A stretch of 31,213 nt of DNA from Promethearchaeota archaeon (GTDB lineage: Archaea; Asgardarchaeota; Lokiarchaeia; Sigyniarchaeales; SOKP01). The position numbers were made by a program, and so were the translations under genes. Each line of letters starts with the position of its first letter. Position 1 is the stretch's first letter. Of the stretch, positions 1 to 8,491 are shown piece after piece. The notes beneath the pieces are model-generated. The model saw nothing but the letters and a program-made list of their open reading frames with translations, was not told where the DNA came from and did no database searches. The DNA lies in assembly GCA_048941015.1 (NCBI GenBank), contig JBHLNZ010000036.1, positions 1 to 31,213 on the forward strand, in the 5' to 3' direction.

Positions 1-701
1 TACATTCTACTATTGTTATGCCTAAGGGAGCACCTCAGAATAAAATCAATGCAACAAAAGGATATGGGGCTGAAATAATATTTTGTGATAACAGTCTTGA
101 AGCAAGAACTAAAGCAGCTGAGAAAATAATAACTGAAAAAGATTTTATTCTCATTCATCCTTTTGATAATGATGTTATTATAAACGGTCAAGGAACTGCA
201 GCTTATGAATTAATCAAAGAAATTGGTGCGTTAGACATTGTTATTACACCATTAGGAGGAGGAGGTTTATTAAGTGGAACAGCTATCGCAGTAAAGGGCT
301 TATGTTCAAACGCTCAGGTATTCGGTGTTGAACCGTCTATTGCAGATGATGCTTATCGTTCTATTCAGGCGGGTTATATTATTCCAAGCACATATCCAGA
401 TACTATAGCTGACGGATTACGAACTTCGATATGTGAACGAACATTTAAAATAATCCAACAATACGTAGACGGAATTTTAACAGTTTCAGAAATGGAAATT
501 ATTGATGCTATGAAATTTTTATGGGAAAGGATGAAAATTGTAGTTGAACCTTCAGGTGCAGTACCTTTAGCGGCACTTTTATCTAAAAAGATTGAAATTT
601 CTAACAAAAAAGTAGGACTCATAATAAGTGGTGGAAATATTGATATAGAACCATTTTTAAACTTATTAAAAAAAAAAATTAATGATTTTAAAGTAAGCTA
701 A
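1..701 (+). CDS. PLP-dependent threonine/serine dehydratase (serine racemase-like, fold type II), 5'-truncated by window edge
   Basis: Frame is open from the window start (HSTIVMPKGAP). Motifs HPFD..VINGQGT, PLGGGGLLSG (PLP phosphate loop), TIADGL, VVEPSGA and ISGGNID. The N-terminal PLP-lysine motif lies outside the window. Confidence 0.9.
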   Translation, partial: HSTIVMPKGAPQNKINATKGYGAEIIFCDNSLEARTKAAEKIITEKDFILIHPFDNDVIINGQGTAAYELIKEIGALDIVITPLGGGGLLSGTAIAVKGLCSNAQVFGVEPSIADDAYRSIQAGYIIPSTYPDTIADGLRTSICERTFKIIQQYVDGILTVSEMEIIDAMKFLWERMKIVVEPSGAVPLAALLSKKIEISNKKVGLIISGGNIDIEPFLNLLKKKINDFKVS

Positions 702-702
702 T

Positions 703-1062
703 TTAATCATCGATATTTGGAATATCCTTTATTACATTATAATTTCCTTCTGTAAGGTTTATTAACATATCTACAGCATTATCCCAAATTTTATCCATCA
801 TTGAACTTACTTTACTGAAATTTTCTTTATTATCAAGTTTTAGATCAATAGCTTGTTTTTCATTGTTAATATTGATCTCGATAGGGAGGTCTTCTCTTAA
901 ACCACCGAACATTTTTAACATTATTATAACTTCTTCAGGCTCAGCTAAATTTCCTTTAACCTCAGACTTAATTATTATAGAAATTTGAAGATTTGATTCA
1001 TCTTTTTTAATTTGAATTGAATTCTTTAACATGTCTTTTAATAAGGGAAATATTTCTTCCAT
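703..1062 (-). CDS. Hypothetical 119 aa acidic protein
   Basis: Clean ORF with AGGTGA SD upstream of ATG, 27 bp downstream of the CocE-like gene. No recognisable motif. Confidence 0.75.
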   Translation of the reverse strand: MEEIFPLLKDMLKNSIQIKKDESNLQISIIIKSEVKGNLAEPEEVIIMLKMFGGLREDLPIEININNEKQAIDLKLDNKENFSKVSSMMDKIWDNAVDMLINLTEGNYNVIKDIPNIDD

Positions 1063-1089
1063 TTTTTTTATTCACCTTTTAAATTGTTT

Positions 1090-2916
1090 TTATTTACCTC
1101 CTTGGATAATTGGTAGATCAATGTAAGAAGAAAACTTATTATTTCTCGAAACTTTTATTGTGGGTCTGCCTTCTTTTGGGTATGTTGAGAATGTATCTTT
1201 ATCTCCTCCAGCAATAGCAATTTTAATTTTATGACCTTTTCGAATGAGAACAGAAGTTGCATGTAAACTAAAATTTATCTCTGCAATTTCTCCTGGAATT
1301 AATGGCATAGAATCTTGCTTCTTATAGGTATGAAAAGGTATTAGTGTTTTGTAAAAAGGGGTCTCATTTGAGATTTTCCTATGAATTACTCGGAATTCAC
1401 CATCAGTAATGTAGGTTATATTTCCTTTCTCATCCACATCTTCAAGATATACGAAAATAGAAACATCTTCATGGGTAGATTCTAGGTAAAGAGAAATTAT
1501 TGTTTGACCTGTTATTTCAGTATCTTTTTTGAAAGGTTGACTAGTATAACACAATAATTTTTCATCCATTTTTGCTCGATTTTCATATACTATAGGCAAT
1601 CCAAGTAAAGCCCACCAACGATTGTTTCTTCCTGTTGTTGCACGGAAGTTAATTTTATACTCATCTTCGCCATCTTCTTGATCTGGCATATCTGGTGATA
1701 AGGAATGATTTTCGGATAAATAAAATCTTAAATGTTTTTGTCCTTTGGGAGGCCATATTTCTGTCTTTTTCCATTGTTCTTCGACCATTGTATAATAATA
1801 AAGGGTTTTATCTTGAAAACCCTCACCAAAAATACATTTATCAAAGAAATTCATCCAAGCATTTATCTTTTCTCTTGGTGAAGGAGTCACTTTAGTTCTA
1901 TCTGGAAAAAATTGATTTGCAGGTAAATGTGCTCCATGATTCCAATCTCCTAATATAGCAATCATAGGATTTTTTACATTTAAAAAGCGATGAATTATGG
2001 CATCAACATATCCTGAATCTAACCATGAGCACCATGCTAAAATAGGAACTCCAGACTTTTCTATCTGCTCTTTTCTCTTATAAACACTTACGTCAGCAAT
2101 AGTGATTCCATCAGGAAGTTCTTCATCTCGAAAGTCTTTATCGATTGTATGTTCATAAACATATTGATTTGAATGGTGTAGATTCATTACTTTTTTAAGA
2201 TTTTTGAGGTCTAAATCATTATCAACTGGTTTAACCCCTTTTACAAATAGCCACACATCAGGCATTATCTGTCTAAAAACCTTAGGATTATTGATATCTA
2301 AGTTTTTTCCCAAAAAAGACCACAATTGCATAAAAGCATGATCATAGACTCCTCCTGGATATGCAACATCAGTATAAGGATCCCAAAATCCATGTCCTGG
2401 TATTACTGCTTTTATGGCAGGATGATTATTTATAGAAAATAGTTCAGCAGTGGTACCTGTGTATGAAATTCCCTTTGCTACGACATTGCCATCTGACCAT
2501 GGTTGAGAAATAATCCATTCTACAATATCCTTACCATCTTTTACTTCCTCATCGGAAAAGGGAACATTTCTAGTCCCAAAGGAAGCACCAGTTCCTCTTA
2601 CATCAGTTTTTATATAAGCATAACCACGGCTTGTTATAATATCTGGATTAGGGATATCAGTGACCGTCTCGTCAAGAATCCATCTAAAAGGAATTCTTAA
2701 TTCCATTGCCCTCCAATATCTTGTTTGGGTTAATAGTGTTGGAATTTTATCATCTGATTTGAGATCCTTTGGAAGACAAATAGTTGCAGCTATTTTAAGA
2801 TTATCACGTATGGGAATGTAAATTGATTGAACTGAATAACCATTTTTATATTTCAGTTCTGGAATTTTTCCTAATTCCTTAAAAGGATTATTTTTAATTG
2901 CGTTTGGATCCGTCAT
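1090..2916 (-). CDS. CocE/NonD family hydrolase (peptidase S15-like alpha/beta hydrolase with C-terminal jelly-roll)
   Basis: Motifs QTRY, DVRGTGASFG, QPWSDGNV, nucleophile G-I-S-Y-T-G, WLDS and GDWNH. PepX_C-like C-terminus (YLEDVD...ITDG...GHKIKIAIAG). Confidence 0.92.
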   Translation of the reverse strand: MTDPNAIKNNPFKELGKIPELKYKNGYSVQSIYIPIRDNLKIAATICLPKDLKSDDKIPTLLTQTRYWRAMELRIPFRWILDETVTDIPNPDIITSRGYAYIKTDVRGTGASFGTRNVPFSDEEVKDGKDIVEWIISQPWSDGNVVAKGISYTGTTAELFSINNHPAIKAVIPGHGFWDPYTDVAYPGGVYDHAFMQLWSFLGKNLDINNPKVFRQIMPDVWLFVKGVKPVDNDLDLKNLKKVMNLHHSNQYVYEHTIDKDFRDEELPDGITIADVSVYKRKEQIEKSGVPILAWCSWLDSGYVDAIIHRFLNVKNPMIAILGDWNHGAHLPANQFFPDRTKVTPSPREKINAWMNFFDKCIFGEGFQDKTLYYYTMVEEQWKKTEIWPPKGQKHLRFYLSENHSLSPDMPDQEDGEDEYKINFRATTGRNNRWWALLGLPIVYENRAKMDEKLLCYTSQPFKKDTEITGQTIISLYLESTHEDVSIFVYLEDVDEKGNITYITDGEFRVIHRKISNETPFYKTLIPFHTYKKQDSMPLIPGEIAEINFSLHATSVLIRKGHKIKIAIAGGDKDTFSTYPKEGRPTIKVSRNNKFSSYIDLPIIQGGK

Positions 2917-3106
2917 TTAGGTTTCTCACTATAACTAATTAATAATTAATTGATATATCTGTTAAGTTTGTTTATAATATTTTAATTTAAAGCTTTATTA
3001 TGTAAAGAATAATATTACCATTTATCAAAATAATAATATTAGATAAATAAAATTAGGGGAATATACTATTTATTGTAAGGTTGAAGGTGTAGATATCCCA
3101 TTCGTA

Positions 3107-3787
3107 ATGATTGGAACTTCACCATTTATAGGAGCGGGACAATTTGGCTTAAGGGCTCAAGAGTTTAGAGAAAAATTTCTATTTCATCCAGAAAAAATGT
3201 TAGAAATAATGGAAGCAGCTTATCAGGCAGGAGCAAGAGGGATGGAAGTAATAACTGCTGGAGAAATTAGTAAAGCAGCAATGATTATGAAGGAGACTTA
3301 TAACGATTTCATTATTACAGGTTCAACATTTCCAGGACCGGATCCTATGATTGAAGAATTAATGAATCTTGACTCTAAAATTATTTTTATACATGCTATG
3401 GTTTCAGATCGAAAGAATCAAAACCTTTTTGAATTAATTGATGATATAGTTTCAAGAGGAGTTATCCCTGGAATTGCTGTTCATAATACTATTTCTACTT
3501 TAAAATTTTCATTTGAACATACTATTGTAAAAACATTTTTAATCCCATTTAATGCAAAAGGAATATTCATGGGAGACAAGCAAAAATTAGAAGATATAAT
3601 AAATAATAGAAAAGATTGTTATTTTATTGGTATGAAGACATTAGCTGCTGGAAAAATAGAACCCCAACTAGCGTATGCTTATATAGCCAAAAATAATATT
3701 TGTTCAGTTTCAATTGGAATGGTTACTCCAGAAGAAGCAAAAACGTCAACAAAAATAGCATTAAATGCCCTAAAAAGTAAAATGTGA
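3107..3787 (+). CDS. Conserved archaeal TIM-barrel / aldo-keto-reductase-like protein; real start may be upstream
   Basis: Motifs IGTSPFIGAGQFG, GVIPGIAVHN, LIPFN..G.FM, IGMKTLAAG and SIGM resemble divergent AKR-fold archaeal proteins. Frame is open back to 3047. Confidence 0.65.
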   Translation: MIGTSPFIGAGQFGLRAQEFREKFLFHPEKMLEIMEAAYQAGARGMEVITAGEISKAAMIMKETYNDFIITGSTFPGPDPMIEELMNLDSKIIFIHAMVSDRKNQNLFELIDDIVSRGVIPGIAVHNTISTLKFSFEHTIVKTFLIPFNAKGIFMGDKQKLEDIINNRKDCYFIGMKTLAAGKIEPQLAYAYIAKNNICSVSIGMVTPEEAKTSTKIALNALKSKM

Positions 3788-3828
3788 TTTGAAAGCTTAA
3801 TATAAAATAATCTTCTATATTATATAAT

Positions 3829-4707
3829 ATGCTTTTTAATAATGAACAAATAAATAATACGATTAAACTAAAAGATGGAAGAAAATTAGGTTATACAGAC
3901 TTAGGTAATCCTAATGGTAAACCTATTTTTCACTTTCATGGATTTCCAGGTTCTCGTCTTGAATCTCTCTTAGTAGCAAATAAAGTTATAAATAAAGGAA
4001 TTAGATTTCTAGGGATTGATCGTCCTGGAATGGGACTTTCAGATTTAAAAAAAAAACGCACACTTTTAGATTGGCCAGATGATATTATTGAGCTCGCTGA
4101 TTTCCTAGGTTATAATAAATTTTCTGTAGAAGGTATTTCGGGAGGGGGTCCATATGCTGCAGTATGTGCTTACAAAATTCCAGAGAGACTGAATGGTTGT
4201 GCTATTATTGGAGGAATTGGACCATTAAATCAGAAAACTGAAGGTCTTAATAGGATGCTTTTTTTCATGGTGCGAAGATTTTTCTGGCTCTTTAGAATAT
4301 ATACATATTTTCAAGCCCGGAATAATACAAACTTAGTAAAAGCAGAAAAAAATTTAAAGAATTATCTTCCAAAATTACCAGAACCAGATAGAATAATATT
4401 TAACAATCCAGAAAATTTATCTCTTTTTCTTGAAGAAACAGCTGAAGCTTTCCGCCAAGGAAGTAAAGGTACTGCTTATGAAGGTAAAATATATGCTAAT
4501 TCTTGGGGCTTTAATCTTGAGGAAATATCTCCGAAAGTGAAAGTGACTATTTGGCATGGAGAATTAGATATTAATGTTCCGGTCTCGATGGGACGTAAGA
4601 TGTGCAAGTTAATTCCTAATTGTATAGGGAACTTCCTTCCAAATGAGGGTCATTACTCTATTGCCTTTAATCACATTGAAGAAATTATCGATAGTATCAC
4701 TCTCTGA
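3829..4707 (+). CDS. Alpha/beta-fold hydrolase
   Basis: Motifs DGRKLGY, HGFPGSR, IDRPGMGLS, nucleophile GISGG, WHGELD and EGH, giving a Ser-Asp-His triad. Confidence 0.93.
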   Translation: MLFNNEQINNTIKLKDGRKLGYTDLGNPNGKPIFHFHGFPGSRLESLLVANKVINKGIRFLGIDRPGMGLSDLKKKRTLLDWPDDIIELADFLGYNKFSVEGISGGGPYAAVCAYKIPERLNGCAIIGGIGPLNQKTEGLNRMLFFMVRRFFWLFRIYTYFQARNNTNLVKAEKNLKNYLPKLPEPDRIIFNNPENLSLFLEETAEAFRQGSKGTAYEGKIYANSWGFNLEEISPKVKVTIWHGELDINVPVSMGRKMCKLIPNCIGNFLPNEGHYSIAFNHIEEIIDSITL

Positions 4708-4894
4708 ATCATATTTAAGGAGGAATTTTAGATTGTAAAGTTTCATCCTTTTTCTATAAAAATCATCCATAATCTCTCAATTTTGTATTACTCATGAATT
4801 CTTTTCAAAAATATAAGCTTTATATACAAGTTTACCGTTTTATTTAAATTAACGATTAATTTTCAGAAATAATTTATAAATACAGTGAAAAATA

Positions 4895-5434
4895 ATGAAA
4901 ATTGGAAAAATTCTGTTATTAATTGGTGCTATTTTAACCCTTCTCTCAACTTTTTTCTTTTCTTTTGGGGTAACAGCTGGGACTGACGGTCGTACACTTA
5001 TTTCGGGTATTGGATTTCTTTTTAATCTCCCTGAAATATTTGGTGATGTAGTTTATTGGAATAGCTTCAATGGTGGAGTGACAGCGCTCCAATACACATT
5101 CGCGATAATATTTATCCTTTTCGTTTTTTCAGGAGTCATACAATTAGGGGGATTGAAAAATAAGTATGTCGCCTTTATTGGCTCACTAATTGTCATTGCT
5201 TTCGGCATATATCTTGTCATAAATTTGACTCATACTCCCCCATTAGACCTCAACCGATATTCCTCTTTATTCTGGCGCGCCCCAATTGTAGATGGGATAT
5301 TTCCACTTGATATACGCATAATAGAAGTCAATCCTATTCCTATAGTTTATCTCTACCTTTCCTTAGGGACCATCACATTATTTATAGGTGGGGCTTTAGG
5401 ATTGGTTGGAGGATTTTTAGGTAGGAAAGACTAA
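4895..5434 (+). CDS. Hypothetical integral membrane protein (~4 TM)
   Basis: Four hydrophobic segments, followed by a T11 tract. Confidence 0.8.
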   Translation: MKIGKILLLIGAILTLLSTFFFSFGVTAGTDGRTLISGIGFLFNLPEIFGDVVYWNSFNGGVTALQYTFAIIFILFVFSGVIQLGGLKNKYVAFIGSLIVIAFGIYLVINLTHTPPLDLNRYSSLFWRAPIVDGIFPLDIRIIEVNPIPIVYLYLSLGTITLFIGGALGLVGGFLGRKD

Positions 5435-5438
5435 ATTC

Positions 5439-5449
5439 TTTTTTTTTTT
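5439..5449 (+). terminator. Oligo-T tract, putative archaeal intrinsic terminator
   Basis: T11 run 5 nt after the stop codon at 5434, between convergent genes. Confidence 0.5.
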
Positions 5450-5500
5450 GATATCATTGAATACCTAGTCATATTGATAATTTCATCTTATATATCAAGT

Positions 5501-7123
5501 TTAAGAAGGACGTCTTAAAATTTTACCTGGATATCTATTTTTTTGTTTATTGTTATCAACAACTAAAGTTCCATTCACTATAACATATGGTATACCTTCA
5601 GGAAAATGATGAGGATCTTCATAAGTAGACTTATCTATAACCGTTTCTGGATTAAAAACAACAATATCAGCATACAAACCTTCTCTAATTAATCCTCTAT
5701 CCATCAAGCCTAATCTTAGGGCCGGAAAGGATGTCATTCTCCGAATAGCATCCTCCATAACTAATAGTTTCTCTTCTCTTACGTATTTACCCAAAATTCT
5801 AGGGAAAGTGCCATAAAACCTTGGATGATATTTTCCTAAAGTGGGTTTGCTTGGAACTCCTACACCATCAGTACCAACCATATGATAACGACCCTTCATT
5901 ATACGACGAATATCTTCTTCATTCTGAGATTCGATGGTCATCATAGTTCCAGCATTATCATCAATTAAAATTTCGAAAAAAGTTTCCCAATCATCTTTCT
6001 TTCCTTTAACTTTTGTAATTTCACTAATACTTTTTCCTTCTATTTCTTTCCATTTTTCTGAAGCAACCATCATTATATAGATAAGATTAAAACTATTTTC
6101 TTTTAAAAAATTCTCCCAGTCTGAGATTCCCTTCTTTATATCTTCCTTAATTTTTTCTTGATTCTCCTTTTTTTTTAATTTTTCTAATAAGCTTTCCATT
6201 CCCCCCTCATGAACCCAAGGTGGAAGCAAAGTGGAAAGATTCGTCATTCCTCGATTATAAGGGTATTGATCATATGAAATACTTATCCCCTGTGAGTTTG
6301 CTTCTTCAATTAATTGAATAGTTTGAATACTTTTCCCCCAATTATTTTTCCCTGAAACTTTATGATGAGCAATATGACCACCTCTACACCCTGATTTTTT
6401 AACAATTTCAATCACTTCTTTAATTGCTTCTAATACATAGTTTCCTTCATCTCGAATATGAGAGAAATATAAACCATTATAATTCGTAATTACTTTAGCA
6501 CATCTAATAATTTCTTCTGTTTTTGCATATACTTGAGGCGCATATATCAATCCAGTGCTCATTCCAAAAGCTCCTGCTTTCATAGCTTCAATAATATATT
6601 CTTCCATTTTTTGAAATTCTTCTTCCAAAGGTGGTCGATTTTCAAATCCAGGCCCTCCTGCAATACGAATATTCTCAAAACCTACTACAGGGACAATATT
6701 AGCTGGATATCTATTCGAATCAAGCTTTTGAAGATATTCCCCGAATGAATTCCAATCGAAATTATAGTCTTTATATAATGGAATTGTACTAGCATAGAAT
6801 CTTCTGAATTCCTCAACTTTATCTGGATGAATAGGGGCGAAACTATTCCCACACTGCCCTATTACGCATGTGGTAATCCCTTGTCTTATAAATGAAGTAA
6901 GTTTGTTAAAAATTAGTAAAATATAATCACTATGCGAATGCATATCGATAAATCCAGGACAAACTATCATATTAGTCGCATCTATAACTCTATCAGCAGT
7001 TCCATCGATCTTTGTCTTAATCTTTACTATCTTTTCATCCTTAATTCCAAGCTCACCTTGATACCAAGGATTACCAGTTCCATCAATTATTTTTCCATTT
7101 TGGATAATAATATCATAATCCAT
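5501..7123 (-). CDS. N-acyl-D-amino-acid deacylase (D-aminoacylase, amidohydrolase_3)
   Basis: Motifs IIDGTG, PGFIDMHSHSD, QGITT...GQCG, GAFGMSTGLIYAP, SHIRDEG, HIAHHK, DQYPY, HPRFYGTFPRILG and ADIVVFNP. Confidence 0.93.
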   Translation of the reverse strand: MDYDIIIQNGKIIDGTGNPWYQGELGIKDEKIVKIKTKIDGTADRVIDATNMIVCPGFIDMHSHSDYILLIFNKLTSFIRQGITTCVIGQCGNSFAPIHPDKVEEFRRFYASTIPLYKDYNFDWNSFGEYLQKLDSNRYPANIVPVVGFENIRIAGGPGFENRPPLEEEFQKMEEYIIEAMKAGAFGMSTGLIYAPQVYAKTEEIIRCAKVITNYNGLYFSHIRDEGNYVLEAIKEVIEIVKKSGCRGGHIAHHKVSGKNNWGKSIQTIQLIEEANSQGISISYDQYPYNRGMTNLSTLLPPWVHEGGMESLLEKLKKKENQEKIKEDIKKGISDWENFLKENSFNLIYIMMVASEKWKEIEGKSISEITKVKGKKDDWETFFEILIDDNAGTMMTIESQNEEDIRRIMKGRYHMVGTDGVGVPSKPTLGKYHPRFYGTFPRILGKYVREEKLLVMEDAIRRMTSFPALRLGLMDRGLIREGLYADIVVFNPETVIDKSTYEDPHHFPEGIPYVIVNGTLVVDNNKQKNRYPGKILRRPS

Positions 7124-7252
7124 AATTTCCTAATCAACTTCGATTATATATCATTAAATTCTCTAAATATTATTTGATTTAAAAGATTTAATTAAATACT
7201 TATTAAATTTAAATTAAGATATATTATCACATGAAAAATAATCAATAAAACA

Positions 7253-8428
7253 ATGACAATAAAATTATACTGGAAAGATCCTTATCAAAAAGAGTTTAAA
7301 ACTGAAGTTATTGGATTAAAGAAAAATGGCATCATATTAAATCAAACTTTGTTTTATCCACTGAGTGGCAATCAACAGAATGATAAAGGAATATTGACGA
7401 TTGGGGAACTTACGATTAATATTGAAAATGTAAGTCTAGAGAATGATGAAATTATCCATCATATCCCTTTAAAATCACTTAAAAGAGTGAAAATTGGTGA
7501 TCAAGTATTTGGAAAAATCGATTGGGACTATAGATATGGTTTAATGAAAGCTCATACATCACAACATTTATTTTCAGCATTAGCTAAAAAGAACTATGAT
7601 TTAGATACAGTAAGAGCTAATATCAATTTTGAGGATGTTTCTCTCCATTTTTCTCAAGAACTTAGCTATGAACAATTAAAAACTACTTTACAACAATTAA
7701 ATTTAATTTGTACTATAGATAATCGAAAAATTTCACCCAAATTATTATCAAATGAAGAAGCCAAAAAAAAATCTAATAAAATAAGGGGAAGTATTCCAAA
7801 AAAGGATCAAATTAGGGTAATTGAAACAGAAAATCTAGATTTAGTGTGTTGTGGAGGTACTCATGTGCAAAATTCTGATGAAATAGGCCCTGTGTTTTTG
7901 TATGAATTCAAGCGAGGAAAAGAATTAAAATACTTTATTGGAACTAAAGCAATAGAAAAAATATCTGAATTTAATACTAAAATCTTGGATATGGCCAATT
8001 CTATTGATGTTCCTATTGATATGATTGATGAGAAATTTAAAAGGCAAAATAATGAACTGCTTTCAATTCGGAACCAAAATAAAGATCAGTTATTACAAAT
8101 TTTAAATTTAAATATAGCTTATCCTAAAGAAGTTATAAATGGCGTATCAGTTTACGTATTTGATTATATTATTGATCATAAACTCTTAAAAAAATCATTT
8201 AATGATTATCCGAAAAATTCACTGCTATTGTTAATTACGGACGATAATAGGCTTAAAATTTATTCTAATAATGAGAAAGCAAATGCAGAACATATTTTAA
8301 AGACTCTTATAGCTAAATTTGGAGGGAAAGGTGGAGGTAATCCAAAATCAGCTCAAGGGTCGCTTGAGAATACTCCAGTAAATTTAATGAAAGAAATAAA
8401 TTTAATCTTAGAAGAATTTAACAAGTAG
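7253..8428 (+). CDS. alaX: Free-standing alanyl-tRNA editing protein (AlaX-L type, with C-terminal DHHA1/C-Ala domain)
   Basis: LYWKDPY start, TLFYP.SG.Q..D.G, Zn ligands HTSQH and CCGGTH, C-terminal GGKGGGNPKSAQG. Confidence 0.9.
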   Translation: MTIKLYWKDPYQKEFKTEVIGLKKNGIILNQTLFYPLSGNQQNDKGILTIGELTINIENVSLENDEIIHHIPLKSLKRVKIGDQVFGKIDWDYRYGLMKAHTSQHLFSALAKKNYDLDTVRANINFEDVSLHFSQELSYEQLKTTLQQLNLICTIDNRKISPKLLSNEEAKKKSNKIRGSIPKKDQIRVIETENLDLVCCGGTHVQNSDEIGPVFLYEFKRGKELKYFIGTKAIEKISEFNTKILDMANSIDVPIDMIDEKFKRQNNELLSIRNQNKDQLLQILNLNIAYPKEVINGVSVYVFDYIIDHKLLKKSFNDYPKNSLLLLITDDNRLKIYSNNEKANAEHILKTLIAKFGGKGGGNPKSAQGSLENTPVNLMKEINLILEEFNK

Positions 8429-8470
8429 ATCTATATTAATTAAATTCAATTTTTTAAAAAATTTAATAGA

Positions 8471-8490
8471 TTTCCTAAAAATTTAGGAAA
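8471..8490. terminator. Inverted repeat TTTCCTAA-aaat-TTAGGAAA between convergent genes
   Basis: Perfect 8-9 bp stem directly after the GH31 stop codon (8492), facing alaX. Confidence 0.45.
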
Positions 8491-8491
8491 A

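Noticed and set aside
3107-3787. AKR-like protein as the missing sulfolactaldehyde reductase
   Set aside because: It is 4.7 kb away on the opposite strand with unrelated genes between, and there is no supporting motif.
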